From positions 1-25,284 of the forward strand of contig JAWOID010000028.1 in NCBI GenBank assembly GCA_046484865.1: DNA of 25,284 nt, written 5' to 3'. The translations under genes were made by a program, and so were the position numbers. Every line of letters begins with the position of its first letter. Position 1 is the stretch's first letter. Shown one piece after another: positions 11,855 through 20,052 of this stretch. The notes under the pieces are model-generated. The model did no database searches and was not told the DNA's origin. It saw nothing but the letters and a program-made list of their open reading frames with translations. This DNA is from Candidatus Krumholzibacteriia bacterium. GTDB lineage: Bacteria; Krumholzibacteriota; Krumholzibacteriia; LZORAL124-64-63.

Positions 11855-12832
11855 TCAGCGGGGAGGATCCCGGTGAGGCGCAGCTCCCGCGGGTCCGCCC
11901 ACCGCGCGTACAGGCGCACCCGGGTCCGGCCGGCGGCGCCCGGGTCGCCGCAGCTCCCCCGTCTGCGAGACGAGCATGCCGATCAGCATCAAGGCGCAGC
12001 CCGCCAGACCGCGCGACGAGAGCTGCTCGCCCAGGAGGATCCAGCCGCCGAGCACGGCGAAGACCGTCTCGAGACTCAGGATGATGGCCGCGTGGGCGGG
12101 CGGCGCGTGGCGCTGGGCCACCACCTGCAGCGTGTAGGCCACTCCCACCGAGAGCAACCCTGCATAGAGAATGGGCAGCGCCGCTGCAACCACGGCTGCC
12201 GGTCGCGGATCCTCCAGGACGAAGGCGCCCGCCAGGCTGAGCGCGCTGCAGGTGGCGAACTGGAGGAACGCGATGGCGGCGGGATGCCGGCGCTTCGCCA
12301 GCCGGCCGACGACCAGGACATGGGCGGCCCAGAAGAAGGCGCCCGCCAGCACCAGCAGGTCGCCGTGCGCCATGTGCCAGGCCCCGCGCACGCTCAGCAG
12401 GTAGAGACCCACCGTGGCCACCGTCGCCCCCACCCAGGTGGCGCGGCCGGGTCGCTGTCCCACCACCAGCCCCAGGAGCGGCACCAGCACCACGTACAGA
12501 CCGGTGATGAAGCCGGCCTTGCCGGCCGTGGTGGTGACCACGCCCCACTGCTGGAGGGTGGACCCGGCGAAGAGGACCGCGCCGGCCGCCAGCCCGCCCG
12601 GCAGTCCGGCGCGCAGCTCGTCGAGGGGCCGGGAGCCGGCCCGCCCGCGCAACAGCCAGGGCACGAGGACCGCGGCGCCCAGGGCGAACCGGATTCCGTT
12701 GAACGTGAGCGGCTCGAGGTGGCGCATGCCCACCCGCTGGGCCACGAACGCCAGCCCCCAGATGGCGGCGGCCAGCAGCAGCAGGAGGTCCGCACGCAGC
12801 CGGTGCGACCCGGTGTCCCGGATCACCGTCAC
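11855..12832 (-). CDS. EamA/DMT family transporter
   Basis: AAAIWGLAFVAQR, RFALG, TTAGKAGFITGLYVVLVP, GDLLVL, AYTLQVVAQR and AAIILSLETVFA..GE motifs; about 10 TM helices. Confidence 0.92.
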   Translation of the reverse strand: MTVIRDTGSHRLRADLLLLLAAAIWGLAFVAQRVGMRHLEPLTFNGIRFALGAAVLVPWLLRGRAGSRPLDELRAGLPGGLAAGAVLFAGSTLQQWGVVTTTAGKAGFITGLYVVLVPLLGLVVGQRPGRATWVGATVATVGLYLLSVRGAWHMAHGDLLVLAGAFFWAAHVLVVGRLAKRRHPAAIAFLQFATCSALSLAGAFVLEDPRPAAVVAAALPILYAGLLSVGVAYTLQVVAQRHAPPAHAAIILSLETVFAVLGGWILLGEQLSSRGLAGCALMLIGMLVSQTGELRRPGRRRPDPGAPVRAVGGPAGAAPHRDPPR

Positions 12833-12860
12833 GCCGCCGTCCCGCCGTCTGCCCGGATAC

Positions 12861-12893
12861 CGTCGCCCGTCATGGGACGTCGCCCGTCATGGG
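12861..12893. repeat. Perfect 16-bp direct repeat (17-nt period) in the divergent intergenic region
   Basis: cgtcgcccgtcatggg at 12861-12876 and 12878-12893. Confidence 0.85.
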
Positions 12894-13029
12894 GTTTCTC
12901 CATCACTGCGATTCTGTTACGTTGGGTGGTGATCGCCGGATCGGTCGGCGCGACCCTGTCCGCTCGACCCGGTCCGGTCCGCACCCCGCGCCACGCACCC
13001 GGGCCCGGCGCCCGGAAGGGACATGCCGC

Positions 13030-13185
13030 ATGCGCTGGCTCTGGATCCTCGTGGGAGTGGCCATCTTCGTGGCGCTCTACCTCGCAGGAGCGGCGATCGG
13101 CCGCCTGTGGTTCTCGTTTCCCCTGTTCTGCCTGGGGCTGCTCGGGATGGCCTGGGCCGGTGAACGGGTGAAGACGTCGGCCTGA
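13030..13185 (+). CDS. Small (51 aa) two-TM membrane protein, hypothetical
   Basis: GGAAGGGA RBS, ATG 13030, MRWLWILVGVAIFVALYLAGAAIGRLWFSFPLFCLGLLGMAWAGERVKTSA with host-like GC3; extended -10-like TGTTACGTT at 12915-12923. Confidence 0.7.
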   Translation: MRWLWILVGVAIFVALYLAGAAIGRLWFSFPLFCLGLLGMAWAGERVKTSA

Positions 13186-13207
13186 GCCGGCCTGAGCCGG
13201 CCGGCCG

Positions 13208-14419
13208 TCAAGGGCGACCGGACGGACGCGCCAGGCACCAGGCGGTCGCGATCCCGCCGAGTTGCGCCGCGGTCTTCAGCCGGCGCACGCCGATCCACGC
13301 GCGCCGCCGCCACCCCGGCAACCGGCCCGGATGATACCCCATCTCCAGCAGCCCCGCCTCTCCCGGCCAGATGAAACGGCCGAGCTCGCGAACGCGCTTC
13401 CGGGCGTCCGGCACGCACAGCCAGTGCAGGAGCAGGGGATACTCCGACGGCAGGCTCGAGCGTTCCACCAGGCAGGTCTCCGCCACCGGCAGGCGCCCCA
13501 GCATGCGCCCGGCGGCATCGCGCGGCCGCAGCTCCTGCACGGCGGGCGGCATCGCCCGGGCCGCGATCTGCTCCAGCAGGCGGTACTGCAGCCACACCGC
13601 TGTCCCGAGACCCGCCTGCCGTGCCCGCTCGGCCAGCTGCTCGTGCTCCCCCGGGGCGAGTCGCGTGTCCAGGAGGGCGGCGTCGATGATCCGCCGCAGG
13701 TCTCCGTAGCCGCCCGCCACGCTCTGCAGCGCCCCGTGGAGGAGTTGATCCACCGTGCCGGGCACGCGCATGGTCCCGGCCCCCAGCGGCAGGATCCTGG
13801 ACTCCCGCCGCAACCGGTCCAGATCGTGAGAGTACACCGACGCGGGCAGGGTCAGCGCCCAGTGCAGTTCCACGCAGGCTCCATGCGGTCCCGTCAGCAT
13901 GCGATGGAAATGATGGCGCTCGTAGAACTCGACCGGCAGCGGATCGTGACGCTGGTACCCGAGCCGGCCGAGCGCGCGGGCGGCGATCTCGCGATGCTCG
14001 TGAGCGATCAGCACGTCCAGGTCCACGAACCAGCGGCGTTCAGGGGTCGGATACACGTCCAGCGCCAGCGCGGCACCCTTGAGCACCACGGGCGCGGCTC
14101 CCACCTCGTCGAGACCGGGGAGCACGCGCTCGAGTTCCAGCAGCAAGACGGTCGTCCGGCGCTCGGCCTGCTCGCTCGTCTCGCGCAGGCGAGCAATCGC
14201 GTCGGCAGGCAATCCGGTCACCAGGGGGCCGAGGGTGGCGGACACGCCGCGTCGCCCCAGCTGCTCGACCAGCCGGTGCGCGTCCAGGCCGTCGGGCGGG
14301 CGGGGTGGCGGCCTCTCGGCGACGAAGGCACGCACCAGCTCCGCCAGATAGCGCGAGCCGGCCGCCAGCGCGAGCGGCGGCGGCACGGACGTGGCAGTGG
14401 CGGCACGGGGACGGTTCAT
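13208..14419 (-). CDS. Nucleotidyltransferase family protein (NTP_transf_5-like)
   Basis: VVLKGAALALDVYPTPERRWFVDLDVLI (LKG..Y..R..DxD), LGY, VELHW and LRRIIDAA motifs. Start is ATG 14419 or TTG 14425. Confidence 0.88.
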   Translation of the reverse strand: MNRPRAATATSVPPPLALAAGSRYLAELVRAFVAERPPPRPPDGLDAHRLVEQLGRRGVSATLGPLVTGLPADAIARLRETSEQAERRTTVLLLELERVLPGLDEVGAAPVVLKGAALALDVYPTPERRWFVDLDVLIAHEHREIAARALGRLGYQRHDPLPVEFYERHHFHRMLTGPHGACVELHWALTLPASVYSHDLDRLRRESRILPLGAGTMRVPGTVDQLLHGALQSVAGGYGDLRRIIDAALLDTRLAPGEHEQLAERARQAGLGTAVWLQYRLLEQIAARAMPPAVQELRPRDAAGRMLGRLPVAETCLVERSSLPSEYPLLLHWLCVPDARKRVRELGRFIWPGEAGLLEMGYHPGRLPGWRRRAWIGVRRLKTAAQLGGIATAWCLARPSGRP

Positions 14420-14530
14420 GGGCAACGGCGCTCCGGCGACGGAGCCATCCCCGTCGATGCGGACGGCTCATGTCGGTTTCATCAGGGCGGCAGAACCAGG
14501 TCCGCTTCCGTGCCCCGCCGTGCGTCGGCG

Positions 14531-14568
14531 ATTATGCTGGATGCAACCCGGACCGGCCAGGCTATAAT
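14531..14568. promoter_or_regulatory. Back-to-back -10 boxes for the divergent cassette
   Basis: Perfect TATAAT on + (14563-14568) ahead of the peptidase, and CATAAT on - (14536-14531) ahead of the nucleotidyltransferase. Confidence 0.5.
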
Positions 14569-14627
14569 CGCGCCGCGACGCCACCGCGGAACGTCTTCTC
14601 TCGAAGCGATACCGGCGATTGTCCAAG

Positions 14628-15200
14628 ATGACGACGACAGCGGACGACAGCAACGCTCGCGCGGCGCCCCGAGGCCGGGCCGAGGACTGGTTCGGGCTCT
14701 TCACGGGCCCGTCGGCGGGCGCGACGGCGGCGGGAGAGCCGGGTGCCGGCGGCGGCCGCACCGCCTCCGGGGACGCGACCGCCGATGCCGCCGGCGCGGT
14801 GGATCTGCCGGTGCTCAGCGGCAGCATGAGACCCGGCATCCCGGTCGGGAGCACGCTGTGCATCCGCCCGGCGGTATGGTCCGCCACGCGGGACGGAGAC
14901 GTGGTGGTTTTCCGCCGCGACGGACAGCTGCTGGCGCATCGCCGGCTCCTGGGCGGACAGGCGGGACCGCTGGCGTTCCTGTACGAGAAGGGCGATGCTT
15001 CCGCGCGTGGCGGGCGCTTGCGCCCGGACGACGTGGTGGGACTGGTGGTGCGAGTGCGCCTGCCGGACGGGACCGAGCGGGACCTGCGGACGCCCACCGA
15101 GCGGCACCGGGCGCTCCGGGCCGCCCGGCGCAGTCTGGCCGCCGATCTCCGCGGCCGCCTGCGCGCGCTGCTCGCACCCGGTGCTCGTCGCGGCGGCTGA
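14628..15200 (+). CDS. S24/S26-family (signal peptidase-like) peptidase, apparently soluble
   Basis: VLSGSMRP (catalytic Ser), GDVVVF, LLAHRR (His general base as in SipW/ER-type enzymes), EKGD and DDVVGLV; no N-terminal TM helix. Confidence 0.85.
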   Translation: MTTTADDSNARAAPRGRAEDWFGLFTGPSAGATAAGEPGAGGGRTASGDATADAAGAVDLPVLSGSMRPGIPVGSTLCIRPAVWSATRDGDVVVFRRDGQLLAHRRLLGGQAGPLAFLYEKGDASARGGRLRPDDVVGLVVRVRLPDGTERDLRTPTERHRALRAARRSLAADLRGRLRALLAPGARRGG

Positions 15201-15244
15201 TCGCAGCGCCGAAGCGCGGAACGGACCCCGAACTGGACGGTAGC

Positions 15245-16120
15245 ATGAACGGATCCTCGCACCAGGAATACCGGCTGCGGGTGGGCGACGCGGTGATCGC
15301 GCTCCGCGGCCTCGGCGACGAGTTCGCCGCGTCGCTGGCGACCTATTTCCAGCGTCCTTCCGAGATCGCTGCGGCCCACGTGCAGCTCACTCTCGAGGTG
15401 CACGCCGTGCCCCCGCGCGACGAGATCCCCAGCTCGCTCTACGCCACCAAGCAGCGACACCCGGACGGTGGCTTCACGGCCGCCGACGGCCTGCTGCGCG
15501 GCAGCTACGATCCGGGGAGCGGCGAGGGGCGGCTACGCATCGAGGACCCGCTGCTGGAGGGACGCTGCGTGCGCGTCTTCGAGCAGATCCTGTACCAGGC
15601 GTACCATTCGGCGGTGGCGCGCGGCGCGCCGGGGGGTACGCTCGTGCACGCGTCGGGGGTGGCCCGGCAGGGCGCAGGCTACCTGTTCGTGGGGGCTTCC
15701 GGCCGCGGCAAGTCGACCATCGCCGGCCTTTGCGCCGACCACCTCGTGCTCAACGACGAGATCGTGCTCGTGCAGCCGGACGGCGACGGGCGACTGGTCC
15801 TCCGCGACACGCCGTTCAACGGCTACTTCCGGACAAAGCAGCCCGGGGAAGCCCCGCTGCGCGCGGTCTTCCTGCTCGAGCACGGGCCCGAGCACCGCGT
15901 GGTTCTGCTGCCCGGCGCCGAGGCGGTGGCGGCACTCACCACCCAGGTGGTGCCCCCGATCGGCCTCGAGGCGTTCTTGACGAATCAGATCACCGTATCG
16001 ATGTTCCACGCAGCCCGCGAGATCGCGGACAGCGTTCCCGTCCGCAGCCTCGAGTTCCGCCGCGACGACGGCTTCTGGTCCGCCATCGACGCGCACCTCG
16101 CCGCGGACGGAGCAGCGTAG
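15245..16120 (+). CDS. HprK-related P-loop kinase (ScmC/PadeK-like)
   Basis: LVHASGV, Walker A FVGASGRGKST, LNDEIV (equivalent to the HprK acidic pair), TPF and PLRAVFLL; immediately upstream of the PqqD-family gene. Confidence 0.82.
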   Translation: MNGSSHQEYRLRVGDAVIALRGLGDEFAASLATYFQRPSEIAAAHVQLTLEVHAVPPRDEIPSSLYATKQRHPDGGFTAADGLLRGSYDPGSGEGRLRIEDPLLEGRCVRVFEQILYQAYHSAVARGAPGGTLVHASGVARQGAGYLFVGASGRGKSTIAGLCADHLVLNDEIVLVQPDGDGRLVLRDTPFNGYFRTKQPGEAPLRAVFLLEHGPEHRVVLLPGAEAVAALTTQVVPPIGLEAFLTNQITVSMFHAAREIADSVPVRSLEFRRDDGFWSAIDAHLAADGAA

Positions 16121-16151
16121 CAGCGAGATCACCTTCACAGGAGCGAGAGCC

Positions 16152-16436
16152 GTGCCTCCAGTCGATCCCAGCCGCATACCGGTGCCCACGGATCGGGTCA
16201 TGGTCCGGCGCGTTGGCGACGAGACCGTCTTCCTGTCCGAGGATGGCCGCAGCATCCACACGATGAACGAGGTGGGCTCCTTTCTCTGGAGCCAGATCGA
16301 CGGCCGCACCAGCGTCAGCCAGCTGCGGGACGCCCTGATGGGAGCCTACGACGTGGAGCCCGAGCAGGCCGAGTCCGACCTGCAGGAGTTCCTGACGCGG
16401 CTCCACGACGCCGGTCTGCTGACGCTCCAGGAGTAG
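16152..16436 (+). CDS. Stand-alone PqqD-family RiPP recognition element (RRE)
   Basis: CAGGAG RBS; 94 aa with RRVGDETVFL, MNEVGSFLWSQIDGRTSVSQL and YDVEPEQAESDLQEFLTRLHDAGLL, the classic PqqD pattern. Confidence 0.93.
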   Translation: MPPVDPSRIPVPTDRVMVRRVGDETVFLSEDGRSIHTMNEVGSFLWSQIDGRTSVSQLRDALMGAYDVEPEQAESDLQEFLTRLHDAGLLTLQE

Positions 16437-16585
16437 GCGGCCGACCGTAGCGCTGTAGCGGCCGCGTTCCGGACGGAATCGCGCGACCGGGGATCCCGCC
16501 CCCGGCGGCGGCCGCACCGTCCCTCCGGCCGGCCGTACCGGGCCGCACGGGGCCGCACCGGGCCGACCCGGCCGCATCCGGCACG

Positions 16586-18298
16586 TCAGCTTCCCGCGCC
16601 GGCCGGGTAGGTCAGGGCCGCGCCGGGCCCGATCGGTAGCCCCACCAGCAGCCAGGCCGCCAGCAGCAGCATCCATCCGATCAGGAAGACGACCGAGTAC
16701 GGCAACATGGTGGCGATCACCGTGCCGATGCCCGCCCGCGGCTCGTACCTCTGCATGAACGCCACGATCAGCGCGAAGAAGGACATCATCGGCGAGATGA
16801 TGTTGGTGGTGCTGTCGCCCACGCGGTAGGCGCACTGCACCAGTTCCGGCGACGTGCCCAGGAACATGAACATGGGCACGAAGACGGGCGCCATGAACGC
16901 CCACTTCGCCGACGCGCTGCCCATGCTGAGGTTGATGGCCGCGGAGAGCAGGATGAAGATCATCATGAGCGGCATCGGGCCGAGACCCGAGCGGCCGAGG
17001 AGCGTCGCCCCCTCGATGGCCGTGAGCAACCCCAGGTTGGACAGCTTGAAACAGGCCACGAACTGCGCCGCGAAGAAGACGAGGACCAGGTAGAGAGCCA
17101 TGGTCTCCATCGAGCGCGACATCCCCTTCATCACGTCGGCATCGCTGCGGATGGTCCCCGCTCCCACCCCGTAGGCGACCCCGGTCACCACGCCGCCCAG
17201 GAAGATGAACGCCACGATCCCCTCCATGAACGGGGAGTGCAGGACGTCGCCTCCGGGTCCGCGCAGGAATCCGTTCTCGGGCACGAGGCCGGCGATCACC
17301 GCGCCGGCCAGGGCGAGGCTGGTCGCCAGTGCGAACGCCAGTCCGCGCCGCTCGCGACGCGCCAGCGGCCGCACCTGCGTGTCGGCAGCGGCCGAGGAGG
17401 CGCCCGCAGCGGCCGGATCGCCGGGGGACGCATCGTCTGGCCCGGCCGGAACGCCTGCGGCCGGCGAAGGGGGCCCCGCTCCGGAGTCGGGGCCGGGCCG
17501 GTCGTCGCCGCCCGCCCGAGCAGTGGCAGATCGGCCGAGCCGCGGCTCCACCAGACGCTCGGTGACCCAGGTGCCCAGGCCCGCCACCAGGAACGTGGAC
17601 ACCACCATGAAGTAGTAGTTGCAGGCGGGGTTCACGCGGTAGGCGGGGTCGACGATGCGCGCCGCCTCCTCCGTGATGCCGGCCAGCAGCGGGTCGATCG
17701 TGCCCAGCAGGAGGTTGGCGCTGAAGCCGCCCGAGACCCCGGCGAAGGCCGCGGCCAGACCGGCCACCGGGTGCCGGCCCACCGACTGGAAGATCAGCGC
17801 GCCGAGAGGCACCAGCAGCACGTAACCGACGTCGCTCGCCATGTTCGAGAGGACGCCCGAAAGCACGATGACGAAGGTGAGCAGCCGCCGCGGTGCGTTC
17901 TGGACCAGCAGGCGCAGCGCCGCACCGACCAGCCCGCTCTGCTCGGCCACGCCGATCCCGAGCATCGCCACCAGGACCGTGCCGAGCGGTGCGAATCCGG
18001 TGAAGTTCTCGACCAGGTTCTCCAGGATCCAGTGCAGACCCGGCAGCGAGAGCAGGTTCACGGGCTCCACGGCCTCGCCCGTGCGCGGATGGAGCGACGA
18101 CCAGCCGAGCCGTGCGGCCAGCCAGCTGGAGACCACGACGGCCAGCGTGAAGATGGCGAAGAGGGTGGCTGGATGAGGCAGCGCGTTCCCGACCCGCTCC
18201 ACCAGCCCGAGGAAGGCTGCCACCGGTCTCGGGATCGCGGCTGCCTCCGGGGGCGTGGCCGTCCCGTTCGGATGCTCGTCGGGTGACCGCAGGGGCAT
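16586..18298 (-). CDS. abgT: AbgT-family transporter (p-aminobenzoyl-glutamate / YdaH-MtrF family)
   Basis: GGAGG RBS, ATG 18298; [81 protein letters not shown] and [13 protein letters not shown] motifs. Confidence 0.95.
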   Translation of the reverse strand: MPLRSPDEHPNGTATPPEAAAIPRPVAAFLGLVERVGNALPHPATLFAIFTLAVVVSSWLAARLGWSSLHPRTGEAVEPVNLLSLPGLHWILENLVENFTGFAPLGTVLVAMLGIGVAEQSGLVGAALRLLVQNAPRRLLTFVIVLSGVLSNMASDVGYVLLVPLGALIFQSVGRHPVAGLAAAFAGVSGGFSANLLLGTIDPLLAGITEEAARIVDPAYRVNPACNYYFMVVSTFLVAGLGTWVTERLVEPRLGRSATARAGGDDRPGPDSGAGPPSPAAGVPAGPDDASPGDPAAAGASSAAADTQVRPLARRERRGLAFALATSLALAGAVIAGLVPENGFLRGPGGDVLHSPFMEGIVAFIFLGGVVTGVAYGVGAGTIRSDADVMKGMSRSMETMALYLVLVFFAAQFVACFKLSNLGLLTAIEGATLLGRSGLGPMPLMMIFILLSAAINLSMGSASAKWAFMAPVFVPMFMFLGTSPELVQCAYRVGDSTTNIISPMMSFFALIVAFMQRYEPRAGIGTVIATMLPYSVVFLIGWMLLLAAWLLVGLPIGPGAALTYPAGAGS

Positions 18299-18324
18299 GT
18301 CCGTCCTCCGTGACGCGACCCGCT

Positions 18325-19362
18325 CTACCGGTAGATCCCCTTCACCACCGACCACGTGACCGGCTCCGCGAAGATGCCGCTCCGCAGCCCGTCGATCTGC
18401 AGGACGTAGTCGAACATCGTGATCCAGTCGCCGTCGAACGAGATCGGGGAGACCGCCAGCCAGACCGTGTCGCCCGGATTGCCGTCGATCACCAGCGCAT
18501 CGCTCGGAGAGCACGGCCCTCCCTGCACGTACTGCAGCACGGCAGCGTTGGCGCAGTCCGGCACCAGTCGATGGACGCGGATGCGGTGCTCGGCGTCGAT
18601 GGTCACCGACATCCGCCCCGAATCGCCGATGAGGAGCCGGAACCAGTCGGTGTCCCGGTAGTCGGTCGTGCCGACGTCGTACCAGCCGCTGACGCCGCGC
18701 AAGGTCAGGTGCTCGGCCTCGTCGCCGCCGAGGTCCTGGAAGGGATGGTCGGGCGGGCTGTTGCAGCCGCCGTTGTGGCGATCCACGTAGCCGTCGACGA
18801 GGTCCGGCTCGCCCTCCGGAACGCCGGCCACCTGGATGCACGAGACATGCTCGGCCACCTCGATGGAGTACTCACCGCAATCGCCGCCGTAACCATCGAC
18901 GACGATGGCGTACGTCCGGCCGCCTGCGAGCGGCACGTCGCCGACGAACGAGGCGTAGGGACCGCAGGGGTCGTCGTAGTAGTAGTCGTCGTTGCAGGCC
19001 ACCACGCTCATGCCGGCGTCGTACACGTACACCTTCGTGTCGTAGATCGATCCGCACAGGTCGATGTCCACGCGGACGTCGGCAGCCGGGGTGAAGGAGT
19101 AGACCAGGTCGGGGGACGCGGAATCGGGATAGGGGCAGACCTCGTCGTAGTCGTCGAAGCCGGCGCAGGTGGAACCGCTGTCGGTGAACGGCAGCGACGG
19201 GATGGGCACGGCGGTGTCGATGTCGTCGCCGCCCTGCAGGGCGTGGACGGGCCGGCGCAGGACGTGGCCGTCGCTCTTCGCAGGAATGCGATTCTCGAGA
19301 TCCGCGGCCGCGGCCGAGCCCAGGAGCCCGGCCGCCAGGGCCAGTGCGAGCAGGTAGCGCAC
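18325..19362 (-). CDS. Secreted Cys/Asp/Tyr-rich protein with PPC-like beta domain(s) and C-terminal [10 protein letters not shown] motif
   Basis: AGGGGA RBS, GTG 19362, signal peptide [58 protein letters not shown] pattern; DTDWF; basic/aromatic C-terminus. Confidence 0.8.
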   Translation of the reverse strand: MRYLLALALAAGLLGSAAAADLENRIPAKSDGHVLRRPVHALQGGDDIDTAVPIPSLPFTDSGSTCAGFDDYDEVCPYPDSASPDLVYSFTPAADVRVDIDLCGSIYDTKVYVYDAGMSVVACNDDYYYDDPCGPYASFVGDVPLAGGRTYAIVVDGYGGDCGEYSIEVAEHVSCIQVAGVPEGEPDLVDGYVDRHNGGCNSPPDHPFQDLGGDEAEHLTLRGVSGWYDVGTTDYRDTDWFRLLIGDSGRMSVTIDAEHRIRVHRLVPDCANAAVLQYVQGGPCSPSDALVIDGNPGDTVWLAVSPISFDGDWITMFDYVLQIDGLRSGIFAEPVTWSVVKGIYR

Positions 19363-19438
19363 GATCGGATTCCCCTGGTGCGATCGTTCCCGGTCCACGA
19401 GACGGTCGCGGTGCGAACCGCGGGTCTCGGCTCCCGCC

Positions 19439-19447
19439 ATGGTATCA
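19439..19447 (-). promoter_or_regulatory. Extended -10 element upstream of the secreted-protein gene
   Basis: TG-A-TACCAT on the minus strand, ~77 nt before GTG 19362. Confidence 0.35.
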
Positions 19448-19491
19448 CACGGGGCAGCCGGCGGCGAGGTCTCCAGGGTGGGGAGGGCGGA

Positions 19492-19866
19492 TCAGGGCGC
19501 CGGTTCCGCCGCCGGTTCCTGCACCACCCGTCCGCGGAAGCAGATGGTCCCATCGGTGCCGAAATCCCAGTCGGGCCACTCCAGCCGGTGGATCGCGCAG
19601 CGGCAGATCCTGCAGCGCGGCAGCGCCTGCGGCCTGCGTGGCATCACCACCGCGCCTTCCCGCACGAGTTCCACCAGCGAGGCGCGCAGCGCCGCGACGG
19701 CCTCCCGCCAGCGCTGCAGCGCCGCCGGAAGCGCGGCCTGGACCTCGGCCGAACCCCGGGTCCACCCGTGGCGGTCGAGGATCGCCGCCACCTCGAGGCT
19801 GGCGTCCTCGGCCGCCGCGAACCGGGTGCGATAGTCCGCCAGGTGATCGCAGATGGGGTATTCCAC
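19492..19866 (-). CDS. Hypothetical protein (124 aa) with CDH and CxxCxC motifs
   Basis: Strong GGAAGGGAGG RBS before GTG 19866, host-like codon usage, fills the gap between two clear genes. Confidence 0.65.
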   Translation of the reverse strand: MEYPICDHLADYRTRFAAAEDASLEVAAILDRHGWTRGSAEVQAALPAALQRWREAVAALRASLVELVREGAVVMPRRPQALPRCRICRCAIHRLEWPDWDFGTDGTICFRGRVVQEPAAEPAP

Positions 19867-19958
19867 GCGGGCGCCTCCCTTCCGAGGTTCTATCGGCGCC
19901 GCCCGCGGCCGATTGAGCGGGACAGGGAGGGGTCCGTCACGGTAATGTCATCTCGCAC

Positions 19959-19996
19959 TTGATCGCGGGATCACGGTCGATGATATTCGATATAGT
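19959..19996 (+). promoter_or_regulatory. Putative otr promoter with palindromic site
   Basis: TGATC-GCGG-GATCA palindrome (19960-19973) and TATAGT (19991-19996) in an AT-rich patch upstream of the AAAGGAG RBS. Confidence 0.4.
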
Positions 19997-20052
19997 GCAG
20001 TCGACGTGCCCCCTCGCCCGTGCCGCTCGCTCGCGGCAACAAAGGAGTCCCG

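Noticed and set aside
14470..14631. 53-aa ORF (MSVSSGRQNQVRFRAPPCVGDYAGC...GDCPR) whose stop overlaps the peptidase ATG, as a candidate RiPP precursor
   Set aside because: Many A/T third positions unlike host genes, no clear RBS, and it runs through the TATAAT promoter box. It would be worth revisiting only if conserved in relatives.
13262..15244. 952-aa ORF implying a large kinase fusion
   Set aside because: The upstream part is antisense to the nucleotidyltransferase and out of frame over the peptidase. Kinase-like sequence starts at ATG 15245.
16152..16436. PQQ biosynthesis
   Set aside because: No pqqA/B/C/E nearby; the context indicates a generic RRE.
18299..18841. N-terminal extension of the 751-aa AbgT ORF
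   Set aside because: Off-frame overlap with the secreted-protein gene; ATG 18298 has a GGAGG RBS.
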